64,000 nucleotides of DNA from Octopus vulgaris (GCA_951406725.2 OX597839.1:27032001-27096000), one strand, 5' to 3'. Shown: positions 47,900-62,446, numbered from the stretch's first letter. Numbers and translations are program-made. The notes: a model not told the origin generated them from the letters alone.

Positions 47900-48440
47900 G
47901 CCGGACAAAATGCTTGGCGGTATTTCGTCCGTCGTCACGATCTGAGTTCAAATGCCGCCGGGGTCGACTTTGCCTCTCATCCTTTTGGGATCGATAAAAT
48001 AAGTACCAGTTGAGCACTGGGTCGATCGAATCAACTTAGCCCCCACCCTCAGAGATTGCTGGCCTAGTGCCAAAACTTGAAAGTAATATTTGTGTAGCAA
48101 TCTCCATCATGACAACGCTGCACTTTATTGTTGAACCGGCACTCCGTCGGTTGCGACGACGAGCATTCCAGTTGATGCGACCAACGGAACACCCTGATGG
48201 TGAATTAACGCGAAAACGGTTGAGCACTGTACAGTGCAGACAGGTGTAACATTGATGCAGTCCCCATGGAGCTTCAGCACGGCACAGAAAGGGACAAGGT
48301 TGGCCCTTTGAATTACAACTCCTTTTTGCCAGCTGAGTGGACCGGAGCAACGGGAAATAATGTGTCTTGTTCAAAGGGAATCGAACGCACGTCTTCACGA
48401 TCGCGAGCCTAATACCTTAACCACTACGCCACGCATCTTC
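47900..48440. mobile_element. Older family C (+) and family A-related (-) SINEs
   Basis: C core at 47940-48020; A-type tail CACTCCGTCGGTTGCGACGACGAG at about 48140 with a tRNA head in reverse at about 48380-48440. Confidence 0.7.
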
Positions 48441-48487
48441 ACTCTATTTTTACTTGCAGGAATAACCTTAAAACAGGTCCACTTTAA

Positions 48488-49234
48488 TCTATATATATAA
48501 AGCGCAGGAGTGGCTGTGTGGTAAGTAGCTTGCTAACCAACCACATGGTTCCGGGTTCAGTCCCACTGCGTGGCATCTTAGGCAAGTGTCTTCTGCTATA
48601 GCCCCGGGCCGACCAAAGCCTTGTGAGTGGATTTGGTAAACGGAAACTGAAAGAAGCCTGTCGTATATATGTATATATATATGTGTGTGTGTCTGTGTTT
48701 GTCCCCCTAGCATTGCTTGACAACCGATGCTGGTGTGTTTACGTCCCTGTCACATAGCGGTTCGGCAAAAGAGACCGATAGAATAAGTACTGGGCTTACA
48801 AAGAATAAGTCCCGGGGTCGATTTGCTCGACTGAAGGCGGTGCTCCAGCATGGCCGCAGTCAAATGACTGAAACAAGTAAAAGAGTAAAAGAGTAAAAGC
48901 TGAAGTTGTCTGTGGTAGCCTTCAACTAACACTATCTCTTCCGAGACCCTGCGGCGCAAGTTGACCAAAATTGAGAGTATGATAGAAGAAGGCTTACTCT
49001 TCATTCAAATCGGACCATGTTAACACCAAAAATTATTTACATCAAAAAGGTGCTTTTTTCTATGAAAATCCCTATTTTTTTTTTTACAATTTTTTGACTA
49101 CTGTGTCGCCATTTTTCGGTGTATTTCAACTAGAAAAATGTTCACTCAAAGAGAATAACAAGCTACATAATGCAGTCTGCCGTTTTAAGCGCAACTAAAA
49201 AACAAACCCGAGCAACGCCGGGCTACACTGCTAG
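48488..49234 (+). mobile_element. Non-autonomous Helitron carrying a nested SINE B
   Basis: A|TCTATATATATAAAG 5' end resumes as CTGAAGTTGTCTGT after the SINE; 3' CCCGAGCAACGCCGGG hairpin then CTAG|T. Confidence 0.78.
48501..48898 (+). mobile_element. SINE family B
   Basis: Full copy. Confidence 0.9.
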
Positions 49235-49600
49235 TTCTTGTAATGCTTTCTATAACTTCTTTTACAACTAAGTATAATGATATTCTTTACAATCGCATTC
49301 AGCTTCCATTTTTTTTTTTCATTAATTTTTGGCTATGTTCAACGATTCATTATAGGCTGCCTTCATTCTGTCATCAATATCTACGTGAGATGAGGAATTG
49401 AAAAATGGTATTTAAGTTGGAAGCTTTCCATATTTGTTCTTGAAAAAAAAAATAATATGAAGAACTTATTCTTTTGTTAACTGAATGCATCCGTTAAAAC
49501 TGGTCTTTTATCTCCGAATGCTTCTTTGAAACGCTTCCAAAGGTCTTCTTACATCCAAAGCTACATCAATGATCAATCGGTTATCACATTAACACTTTAC

Positions 49601-49810
49601 CTCTTTTACTCTTTTACTTGTTTCAGTCATTTGACTGCGGCCATGCTGGAACACCGCCTTTAGTCCAGCAACTCGACCCCGGGACTTATTCTTTTGTAAG
49701 CCCAGTACTTAGTCTATCGGTCTCTTTTGCCGAAACGCTAAGTGACGGGGACGTAAACACACCAGCATCGGTTGTCAAGCAATGCTAGGGGGACAAACAC
49801 AGACACACAA

Positions 49811-49847
<37 letters not shown>

Positions 49848-50019
49848 CATATATACGACAGGCTTCTTTCAGTTTCCGTCTACCAAATCCACTCACAAGG
49901 CATTGGTCGGCCCGGAGCTATAGCAGAAGACACTTGCCCAAGATGCCACGCAGTGGGACTGAACCCGGAACCATGTGGTTGGTTAGCAAGCTACTTACCA
50001 CACAGCCACTCCTGCGCCT
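49601..50019 (-). mobile_element. SINE family B
   Basis: Full copy. Confidence 0.9.
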
Positions 50020-50240
50020 AGTATTTTCATAACTTTCTCCCAAGCGTTCATGTTTGTTTTCGCTCTTTTAGTTAACCCTCGTTTCATACGTTCTGAGTAA
50101 TACAAAGCTTTCCTTTCATAAATCCGCCTCCAACGCACACAAAACCCCCCCAAAACTAGGAATGTGTAATATATAAGAAATTTGAACACCAGGAAAATAT
50201 GTCCTACATGTCACATTTGATAAGAAAAGACAGACAACGG

Positions 50241-52875
50241 ATTAAGGAGTGTAACAGAGTAAGTGACTCAATGTTAATATGAATGAGGAGTGTAACAGAG
50301 TGAGTGACTCAATGTTAATATGAATGAGGAGTGTAACAGAGTGAGTGACTCAATGTTAATATGAATGAGGAGTGTAACAGAGTGAGTGACTCAATGTTAA
50401 TATGAATGAGGAGTGTAACAGAGTGAGTGACTCAAAGTTAATATGAATGAGGAGTGTAACAGAGTGAGTGACTCAATGTTAATATGAATGAGGAGTGTAA
50501 CAGAGTGAGTGACTCAATGTTAATATGAATGAGGAGTGTAACAGAGTGAGTGACTCAATGTTAATATGAATGAGGAGTGTAACAGAGTGAATGACTCAAT
50601 GTTAATATGAACGAGGAGTGTAACAGAGTGAGTGACTCAATGTTAATATGAATGAGGAGTGTAACAGAGTGAATGACTCAATGTTAATATGAATGAGGAG
50701 TGTAACAGAGTGAGTGACTCAATGTTAATATGAATGAGGAGTGTAACAGAGTGAGTGACTCAATGTTAATATGAATGAGGAGTGTAACAGAGTGAGTGAC
50801 TCAATGTTAATATGAATGAGGAGTGTAGCAGAGTGAGTGACTCAATGTTAATATGAATGAGGAGTGTAACAGAGTGAGTGACTCAATGTTAATATGAATG
50901 AGGAGTGTAACAGAGTGAGTGACTCAATGTTAATATGAATGAGGAGTGTAACAGAGTGAGTGACTCAATGTTAATATGAATGAGGAGTGTAACAGAGTGA
51001 ATGACTCAATGTTAATATGAATGAGGAGTGTAACAGAGTGAGTGACTCAATGTTAATATGAATGAGGAGTGTAACAGAGTGAGTGACTCAATGTTAATAT
51101 GAATGAGGAGTGTAGCAGAGTGAGTGACTCAATGTTAATATGAATGAGGAGTGTAACAGAGTGAGTGACTCAATGTTAATATGAATGAGGAGTGTAACAG
51201 AGTGAGTGACTCAATGTTAATATGAATGAGGAGTGTAACAGAGTGAGTGACTCAATGTTAATATGAATGAGGAGTGTAACAGAGTGAATGACTCAATGTT
51301 AATATGAATGAGGAGTGTAACAGAGTGAGTAACTCAATGTTAATATGAATGAGGAGTGTAACAGAGTGAGTGACTCAATGTTAATATGAATGAGGAGTGT
51401 AGCAGAGTGAGTGACTCAATGTTAATATGAATGAGGAGTGTAACAGAGTGAGTGACTCAATGTTAATATGAATGAGGAGTGTAACAGAGTGAGTGACTCA
51501 ATGTTAATATGAATGAGGAGTGTAACAGAGTGAGTGACTCAATGTTAATATGAATGAGGAGTGTAACAGAGTGAGTGACTCAATGTTAATATGAATGAGG
51601 AGTGTAACAGAGTGAGTGACTCAATGTTAATATGAACGAGGAGTGTAACAGAGTGAATGACTCAATGTTAATATGAACGAGGAGTGTAACAGAGTGAGTG
51701 ACTCAATGTTAATATGAATGAGGAGTGTAACAGAGTGAATGACTCAATGTTAATATGAATGAGGAGTGTAACAGAGTGAGTGACTCAATGTTAATATGAA
51801 TGAGGAGTGTAACAGAGTGAGTGACTCAATGTTAATATGAATGAGGAGTGTAACAGAGTGAGTGACTCAATGTTAATATGAATGAGGAGTGTAACAGAGT
51901 GAGTGACTCAATGTTAATATGAATGAGGAGTGTAACAGAGTGAGTGACTCAATGTTAATATGAATGAGGAGTGTAACAGAGTGAGTGACTCAATGTTAAT
52001 ATGAATGAGGAGTGTAACAGAGTGAGTGACTCAATGTTAATATGAATGAGGAGTGTAGCAGAGTGAGTGACTCAATGTTAATATGAATGAGGAGTGTAAC
52101 AGAGTGAGTGACTCAATGTTAATATGAATGAGGAGTGTAACAGAGTGAGTGACTCAATGTTAATATGAATGAGGAGTGTAACAGACTGAGTGACTCAATG
52201 TTAATATGAATGAGGAGTGTAACAGAGTGAATGACTCAATGTTAATATGAATGAGGAGTGTAACAGAGTGAGTGACTCAATGTTAATATGAATGAGGAGT
52301 GTAACAGAGTGAGTGACTCAATGTTAATATGAATGAGGAGTGTAACAGAGTGAGTGACTCAATGTTAATATGAATGAGGAGTGTAACAGAGTGAGTGACT
52401 CAATGTTAATATGAATGAGGAGTGTAACAGAGTGAGTGACTCAATGTTAATATGAATGAGGAGTGTAACAGAGTGAGTGACTCAATGTTAATATGAATGA
52501 GGAGTGTAGCAGAGTGAGTGACTCAATGTTAATATGAATGAGGAGTGTAACAGAGTGAGTGACTCAATGTTAATATGAATGAGGAGTGTAACAGAGTGAG
52601 TGACTCAATGTTAATATGAATGAGGAGTGTAACAGAGTGAGTGACTCAATGTTAATATGAATGAGGAGTGTAACAGACTGAGTGACTCAATGTTAATATG
52701 AATGAGGAGTGTAACAGACTGAGTGACTCAATGTTAATATGAGTTGAGGAGTGTAACAGAGTGAGTGACTGAAACTTCATAATATGAGTTGAGGAGTGTA
52801 ACAGAGTGAGTGACTCAATCTTCATAATATGAGTTGAGGAGTGTAACAGAGTGAGTGACTCAAACTTCATAGTGT
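50241..52875. repeat. 41-bp satellite, about 64 near-identical units
   Basis: Unit GAATGAGGAGTGTAACAGAGTGAGTGACTCAATGTTAATAT; last units are 45-bp variants. Confidence 0.98.
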
Positions 52876-53449
52876 AAATTCCTCCTTTGCCTGCCCAAAA
52901 CATTTTTATGAGTTGCCCTAAACCTCCACGTTTGCTCTCAGTCTTTTAGTCAGCTCTCGTTCCATACATTCTGTGTAATATGAAACTTTCTTTTGGGATT
53001 GTGTATCACACATGATGTATGGATGCCAGGGAAATATGTTAAGAGTTAAGAAGAGTAACAAAGATTAAGGGCCTCAAAGTCCATAGTATGAATTAAGGAG
53101 AGTAAGTGAGTGACTTAAACTACAAAATATAAATTAACCTTTGTCTATCCAAAGCACTTCATAAGTTTTCCACAAAAGTCCACGCTTGGGTTTCCTATTT
53201 TAGTCTGCGCTTGTTTCATATTGTCTGAATAATATAAAGCTTTCCTTAGGTAAGTTGCAAGTTAAGTATGAATTAAAGAGTGTAATTAAGCCTCAAGTTA
53301 AGTATGAATTAAGGTGTGTAATTAAGCCTCAAATTAAATATGAAGTAAGGAGTGTTATTAAGACTCCGAAGAATTAATTAACTTTTGTCTGTCCAAAGCA
53401 ATTTCATAAGTTTGTCCATGCTCGTTTTCAGACTTTAATTAGCCTTTGT

Positions 53450-53792
53450 AGATCTTTTCACTTTGACCGGCAGATTTAAAAAATAATTTCTTTGTAACTA
53501 AACAATTTAAACTTCGTATACTGGTAGAATGTGTCACATAAAATACCTTCTTCTTTTGGCGTTGCAAACAACAGCAGTAATTGTATTCACCTCAATAGAC
53601 GTCATTGATTGGTTGAAATTGCTGAAATACAAGAAATTAAACAAGAAATAGCTTACAAACTACATAATTTTCTCAAGAACGCCAAGAGAAAAAGATGTTT
53701 TACATGACACATTCTACCAGTATACGAAGTTTAAAAGTGTTTAGTTACAAAGAAATTATTTAAAAAATCTGCCGGTCAAAGCGAAAAGATCC
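53450..53792. mobile_element. MITE with about 110-bp TIRs and 8-bp TSD (Merlin- or MULE-like)
   Basis: AGATCTTTTCACTTTGACCGGCAGATT... / ...AATCTGCCGGTCAAAGCGAAAAGATCC; flanks GCCTTTGT and GCATTTGT. Confidence 0.88.
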
Positions 53793-54319
53793 GCATTTGT
53801 CTCATATGGTCTGAGTATTATAAAGTTTTCCTATCATAAGATCCAAGTTACTTTGATAGTCGAACAAAATAGCAATGTGTATCATATACAATGCAAAGAC
53901 ACCAGACAGAAAAATGCTTTATAATATCGCATGTGATACACAGAACAAGCAAAGGGTTAATTATCGAAGAATTGAAAGCAAATATCAAATACTGCTATGA
54001 ATATGGCCGCCATTTTAACAACATCAAGAGTTGATAAGTGGTAAATTTAATTGAGTTATAATATAAAATTAAAAATATCTATATTATGAATTCGATCAGA
54101 GCGACACTGGTCTGTCGCTTCAAAGATATCCAGATCAATTTAAATTATCAAAGAACATAAAACAACCTATAATTACGTGATGGTATATCATAGTAATTAG
54201 TTAGTTTCTGGTTTGTCCTTCCATTTGAGTTGACAGTTTGTACAAAGAAATGAAAATAATTTGATAGGAACACGCTCGGACACGAACAAAACATACTTCT
54301 ACGATTACAAGATGTATGC

Positions 54320-55080
54320 ACATATGCATATATGTACATACATATATGTATACATACATGCATGAATATATGTATACATACATACATGCATATATGTATA
54401 CATACATACATGCATATATGTATACATACATACATATATGTATACATACATACATGCATATATGTATACATACATGCATGCATATATGTATACATACATA
54501 CATATATGTATACATACATACATGCATATATGTATACATACATACATGCATATATGTATACATACATACATACATATATGTATACATACATGCATGCATA
54601 TATGTATACATACATACATGCATATATGTATACATACATGCATGCATATATGTATACATACATACATATATGTATACATACATACATGCATATATGTATA
54701 CATACATACATGCATATATGTATACATATATACATATAAGTATACATACATACATATATGTATACATACATGCATGCATATATGTATACATACATACATA
54801 CATATATGTATACATACATGCATGCATATATGTATACATACATGCATATATGTATACATACATACATATATGTATACATACATGCATGAATATATGTATA
54901 CATACATACATGCATATATGTATACATATATACATATAAGTATACATACATACATATATGTATACATACATGCATGCATATATGTATACATACATGCATA
55001 TATGTACACATACATACATGCATATATGTATACATACATACATATATGTATACATACATGCATGCATATATGTATGTATA
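54320..55080. repeat. Compound (CATATATGTATACATACATA[TG])n repeat
   Basis: Direct reading; 20-28-bp units of alternating purine/pyrimidine. Confidence 0.92.
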
Positions 55081-55496
55081 TGTGCGTGTCTGCATGTATG
55101 CGTATATATTCATATACTTATATATTTATATCAATTTATATACATTCATGCGCGCACAAGGGTGGTCATATACTTATCACTTTCATATATACAAACATAC
55201 GCATGCGCATGCCCATATACATACACACGCATGCGCATACAAACGTTTGATAGAACAAACAAGATGAACCAAACTTGGTATCTGACTGGTGTGTATGTAT
55301 ACATACATGCATACACACATACATACAAATATACATACATACATGTATGTGTGTGTGTGTGTGTGTGTGTTAGTTTCAATCGGTAGAAGTTACGAAAGCG
55401 AGTCGAGGTCCGAAATTCTAATGAAAGAACTTCGGATCGGAAGATCGTTTCTTCTGTATCGGCCAATGTTTTAGAACATAAAAGCAAACGAAGAAA

Positions 55497-55536
55497 TATC
55501 TATCTATCTGTCTATCTGTCTGTCTGTCGGTCTGCC

Positions 55537-55605
<69 letters not shown>

Positions 55606-55610
55606 ATCTA

Positions 55611-55662
<52 letters not shown>

Positions 55663-55698
55663 TCTATCTATTTCTTTCTATCTATCTATTTCTTTCTT

Positions 55699-55735
<37 letters not shown>

Positions 55736-55750
55736 ATCTATCTAACTCTT

Positions 55751-55791
<41 letters not shown>

Positions 55792-55806
55792 ATCTATCTA
55801 ACTCTT

Positions 55807-55859
<53 letters not shown>

Positions 55860-56325
55860 GGGGCTGGAGGTCGATCTGTTCAGCTAAAACCCCTTTAAGG
55901 TGGTGCTCCAGCGTGGCCGCAGTCAAACGACGGAAACAAGTAGAAGGAAAAGAAAATAATATGCTTCTACAAAATACAAAATATTTGAATAATTACTTTT
56001 AATTAATTCCTAATTATATTTTGAGTCTAAAGATATAAGGGACCACCCGAGTAGAGTAGGTGTCGCTGGGGTCGATAGTTAAAAATGGATGAGAGTCACT
56101 GCTTGGGACATTAAGTTTTTGCTTTGTAGGTGTTTTGGTTGTTATTTCTAGCACATTGAATGGCCGCATAGAATTCTCACACCTCTACCTCCGATCGCTC
56201 GTGACCTTTAATTTAATTGTTATCAATATTATCAGACTTGTTGTTATTGTTGTTGTTGTTGACCGACGGCGCCATGTTGTTACACACACACACACAATCA
56301 TACACACACACACACACACACACAA

Positions 56326-56389
<64 letters not shown>

Positions 56390-56391
56390 AG

Positions 56392-56426
<35 letters not shown>

Positions 56427-56512
56427 CACACGCATTGCAAAAACACTGACACACACACACAGAAACACGCGTACGCTCACACACACACACACACAGAAAC
56501 ACGCACACACAC

Positions 56513-56564
<52 letters not shown>

Positions 56565-56830
56565 ACACAGAAACACATACACTCACACACACACATACGC
56601 ACACACACACACGCACATACACACAAACACACACACACACACGCACATACACACACACATAAACACACACACACACACACTCACACTCACACACACACAC
56701 AGACACACACTACACACACTCACACTCACACACACACACAGACACACACTACACACACACACACACTCACACACTACACACACACACACAGACACACACA
56801 CTACACACACACTACACACACACACACAGA
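55497..56830. repeat. (TCTA/TCTG)n at 55497-55858 and (CA)n at 56282-56830
   Basis: Direct reading. Confidence 0.9.
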
Positions 56831-57205
56831 TACAATTGCTATTTTCGGCGACTAATTAGCAACGCTGGAGGGACTCATCTTGTCACTCATATTGTTTATT
56901 CTCTTCAATCTCCTTCAATCTCCTTCAATCACAAACTTTGACATTAGTCAACATCTTCATTCTTTAAACAACCTCAGTTTCCCATAAACAGCCATTTTAC
57001 AGTTTTTTTCCTTCTATGTCTGTTTTTATATATTTTTCTTCTTCTTTGTTGTTGTTGTTGTTGCCATAGAGACCAGTTAATTAAGGGTAAATGATTACTT
57101 GGTTCGTATTCGAGCGGTGAGCGCGCCGGAAATAATGTTTTGCGGCATTTGTTCCGGCATTTTACTTAAATTCTGAGTTCAAATCCAGCCAAGGTCCACT
57201 TCACT

Positions 57206-57243
<38 letters not shown>

Positions 57244-57386
57244 GTGTGTTTATACATATATGAGCATATATATTATATGTATACATGTTATGTGTATACG
57301 TATATATATACATATCTATATATATATATATCTTGAGTATATACATGTATATGTATGGTACGTATGTATGTGTGTGTTTTCATATA

Positions 57387-57439
<53 letters not shown>

Positions 57440-57441
<2 letters not shown>

Positions 57442-57810
57442 GGGAAGCTTTATGAAAATAGACAAAAGACGAAGGCAGGTTTACGGAAATAAACAAAAGA
57501 CGAAGGCAGGTGGAATACAAACAAACAATTGTATTAGTATGGCGCTCAGGAAATATAAATAAAGAAACAAGTCTTTAACGTTTCGAGCCTACGCTCTTCA
57601 ACAGAAAGATACACAGAGAAAGAAAAAATGGGTTCAGGACGTCAAACAAACGTGACCGAAATGAGAAACGAAAACATAAACGCAAAAACGGAAACGAACT
57701 TTTTTTTCGAACAACGAAAAAAAAAAAAAACAGAGAAACGAGACATGCAACATAATGAATATTCCCCTTCTTCAGTTGTCCCTGTTTCATCCACTCCTCA
57801 TTCCGAAGAC
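57440..57810 (-). mobile_element. Penelope-like terminal-repeat fragment with minimal hammerhead-like motif
   Basis: Homologous to 36145-36350; minus strand TCTTT-CTGTTGAA-GAGC-GTAG-GCTC-GAAACGT-T-AAAGA at 57572-57609. Confidence 0.6.
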
Positions 57811-58141
57811 CTACTCCAAGACGAACTTTTTGTCAAAATTTGGCTGGACGAAATATTTTTATCTTAGGCCGGAAGCAACAACGAAAATTCTTTTCCTGAA
57901 AACACAAAACAAATTTAAGGTAGAAATAATTTCCTTTTCCGTTGTTTCACTTGTAGAATATTCAAGAATTATGCTCGAGGAATCGGAATGTTAATTTAAA
58001 GAAATACACTTGAGATGTATTGCAAAATTATTAATGCTAAAACCTTGATTTATGGAGCATAAAACAGGAATATTTTATAAATGTTGAAAAATTTAGATTG
58101 TGAAATTTCAACAACGACAGGGCTACACACATACTCACAGA

Positions 58142-58200
<59 letters not shown>

Positions 58201-58732
58201 GACAAACGAGTTCGCAGAGCAACTCCAACACAATTCCACCAAACATCACCAGTTCAATAAGAGTGTCTTATCCTTCTTCCTTTTAAAGACAATACAGGGA
58301 GTTATTTTAGCTGCTATATCTAGCACCTCGTGTGATCAGAAATAAGCCCTATCTTTAGTACATATATTTTGTAGCTGGTTTATTTACTATACCATATTCC
58401 TTTGTTTGTTAATATTGTAGTTGTTGTTGTTGTTGGCATTGTGTCAAAACTTGAAACGGTTAAATGGCGTTTCTGCTTCTTCACATTTCCATTCCGTTCC
58501 TAATCAAATTTTTCCTCACAATATTTCAACGAAGATACATAATACTGGTGTTTTTTTCTTTTTTTTTTATATTTTGAAAATTTTTCGTCAAAATATCGGG
58601 AATCTTGTGAAGAGAAAAAAAAAACCAAACGAGAACAAAAAGAAATAACAACAAACGAAATACTAAATTGATTTAAAATCAAAGGCACAATAGATTTTGT
58701 CAGTTTGGAAATATTCTCTCACCATAACTTCC

Positions 58733-59245
<513 letters not shown>

Positions 59246-59285
59246 GTGTTCCAGCCACTTCATCTACTTATCTCTTCTTTGCTGT

Positions 59286-59324
<39 letters not shown>

Positions 59325-59540
59325 CACACACACACACACAGTATATATCTTCTCTCATCTTAATAGTATTTAAAATTATTCTCCGTCAGTCTCAACTTCC
59401 TTCTGTATCTTACATATTCAGAATTTGAAACGGCGCCAATCGAGAACAAAAAGCCGGGTTATACAATTTGATTTACCCATACATTCTTTTATTCCTTTCA
59501 GTCATGCAGCTGCGGTCATGCTGCAACACCACCGTGGCTA

Positions 59541-59589
<49 letters not shown>

Positions 59590-59590
<1 letters not shown>

Positions 59591-59935
59591 TAAATGGAGA
59601 CAAGAAGTGGAACGAACCGACGAATCGAAACGAACCCGACGCGAGGCGAGGTCAGACAATAATGTAATAAATAAAAATATATGCATACATACAAACATAT
59701 ATGTACGTACCTACATCTACATGTAAATATACATGCATATAAAAATAAATATACGTAAGTACAGGACACCACAACAAGACGTAGAAACGGGAAAAACACA
59801 AATTTACAACAAGAAAACAAGTACAGGACATGCTACACAAGGAGAAATCCACCGTCATCAGCTGTCGCTAGTTAACTCAAGCGTGTTTCGAAGGCAAGAC
59901 AGGACACATCGTCAACTAGGCCTTCCTGGAGAGAT
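59590..59935 (-). mobile_element. Penelope-like terminal fragment
   Basis: Between TA-rich tracts; minus strand CCTTCGAAAC...ACAGCTGATGACGG...TGTAGCATGTCC resembles the minus strand of 57740-57810. Confidence 0.45.
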
Positions 59936-60021
59936 ATATATTATTTATATTATATATATAAATATTTGTGTGTGTGTGTGTGTGTGTGTGTGTTTGTGTG
60001 TATGTGTGTGTGTGTGTGTGT

Positions 60022-60064
<43 letters not shown>

Positions 60065-60068
60065 TATG

Positions 60069-60470
60069 TACAAGGTGACCATAGAGTAACGTACCCTCTT
60101 GCAATATGTGAAATTATTAACATTCTCTTTTTTTTTTTTATCTGTTTTCACCACTACCGATATTACTCACAAACCAATCCTCATTGGATGGAGGCAGATA
60201 ATCAACAAGGCAGGGGCCAGGTAATGGTGCGGTGTGGGATTTTAGCACAATCAAGTAATTGGACCATTTTATTTTGGGGGCTCCGTAAAAGGTGATTGGT
60301 ATCTGGAAATGCTTGGCAACAAAATGATGCCCCACGTGCATTCATTTGGAAGGGGAAATCCTGTCTGATTCCAGCGGGATGGGACTCAGCCCTGTTCGTG
60401 ATTTTCTCAATGCGCATTTTCCAGGAAGATGGCTCAGGCGTCGCGAGCCAATTGAATGAGCACCACGGTA
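60069..60470 (+). pseudogene. Tc1/mariner-superfamily transposase remnant
   Basis: TA-CAAGGTGACC end; RYYSQTNPHWME...QVMVRCGI, WQQNDAP, VRDFLNAHFPGRWLRRREPIE*APR (compare FPGRWIGRRGPIEWPPRSPDL). Confidence 0.8.
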
Positions 60471-60683
60471 GAGTGTGTTTGTAAATTTCACAAAATCAAG
60501 ATGAGCTCTTATTGGCTGTATGCAAATGAGTTCATTACTGGGGTCCGGAACTCTCGTGGAAAAAAATTTCGCGGCCGGGCATGATTTAGTTGTTTCGCCA
60601 GCGATTGCATATAGCCAAAAGGTTTTAGGTCCAATAAGGGTTGTACAACACTTCACAGACTCTCTCCACCCGACTGACATTAT

Positions 60684-60940
60684 GTGGAGGCGCGTGGCTT
60701 AGTGATTAAGGTGTTGCACTCTTGATCGTAAGATTGTGGTTTCGATTCCTGGACTGGGTGACGTGTTGTGTTTTTAAGCAAAACACTTCATTTCATGTTG
60801 CTCCAGTCAACCAGATGGCAAAAATGAGTTAACCCTGAGAGGGTCTGTGGTCCCGTCCAGCTGGGGGATATATACTCCATGGGATCCAGAAAACCGGCCC
60901 TTATGAGCCTAGCATGGCTCGAGAAGGAAACTTTACTTTA
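60684..60940 (+). mobile_element. Fourth tRNA-headed SINE with CORE-like centre and (CTTTA)n tail
   Basis: GGAGGCGCGTGGCTTAGTG...GGTTTCGATTCC head; TSD ACTGACAT. Confidence 0.8.
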
Positions 60941-61273
60941 CTGACATGATCAGGAGATAAGCCAGAGCAAGATATCCAATGCAAATATGGGTGACATACT
61001 CTGGAATGTGGGAGCGCCATGATCTCAAGCGCGAGCTAAAGATCCCTAAAATACCCAATGCCATTCCTTGCACATCTGGTTTTATATCAGAATGACCTTC
61101 TCCAAGAGACATGATTTAACAAAAACTGTGGGGTGCCTCACTCCCAGTGGTCTTCTAGCACGCCGGAGGTTTCGAGCAATTGCTAGAACTTCTGACAATC
61201 CTCCTCACCAGGTAATTCTAGTGGATGAGTCGGTTTAATCGCCGACGTCGCGGCCATGCTACTGGTAACATGG

Positions 61274-61316
<43 letters not shown>

Positions 61317-61496
61317 CAACGGGCGCGTGTTCGTAGGTTCATTAATCACGATTTGCAAAGCCCTGTGCCATTGCAAAGCTAAAACGCTACCTTTTAGATA
61401 GCCTGTTTGCGATCGAAGATACGCATACACACGTATACATACGTATATACATATATGCATATTTGAGCAAGTCTGTATATCTATCTGTAAGCATGA

Positions 61497-61569
<73 letters not shown>

Positions 61570-62038
61570 CATATATATATATACATATATATATATATAA
61601 ATACACACATACACATATATATATAAATACATATATACATACATATACATACATATATATATATACATTATATATATATATATATATACTTCATGTATGT
61701 ATATGTATATATATTACTCTTCTCTCTGTGAGTAATGTATCTTATTTTCTTCTACACACGCTTGGCAGTGAGTGTATATATACAGATGAGTTTCAAGTCC
61801 TCAGCTTCTTCATCGGCTTTGAACATATAATTCAATGTGAAGGTGTGAAGATATATGTGGGTTTGTGTGTTTGCGTGTGTATAAGTGTGTGTGTGTGTGT
61901 GTGTGTGTGTGTTGTTTGGGAGATACGTGATTGGTAAAAAAAAGTAAAGAAATTTCAAAGAAACTGTTTTTCTTTTCTGTGAAGAAAACATGGCGATTGG
62001 TTATTGTTCAGATGGAAAATCAAACGTGTTTGAATTGC

Positions 62039-62042
<4 letters not shown>

Positions 62043-62113
<71 letters not shown>

Positions 62114-62213
62114 AGATAGATATATACAGAGACAGGGATAACGAGATAGAAATAGATAGATAGAAACAGAAAGAGAGAGAGATTCATAGATACCTAGGTG
62201 AAAAGGGAGATAG

Positions 62214-62252
<39 letters not shown>

Positions 62253-62375
62253 GAAGGGTAGATAAAGATACAGATAGTTACAGATATATATATATATCTG
62301 TAGATAGATAGAGTGACATATATATATATATATATATATATATAGATAGATAGATAGATAGATATACAGAGAGGC

Positions 62376-62446
<71 letters not shown>

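Larger units (their letters stand above)
49589..53960. mobile_element. Putative non-autonomous piggyBac-like element with nested insertions and a satellite
   Basis: TTAA-CACTTT left end, AAAGGG-TTAA right end; four diverged internal copies of a TTTCATAAGTTT...TTCATA..CTGAGTAATATAAAGCTTTCC subunit. Confidence 0.55.

Noticed and set aside
50241-52875. CRISPR array
   Set aside because: Contiguous near-identical units with no unique spacers, no cas genes, eukaryotic context
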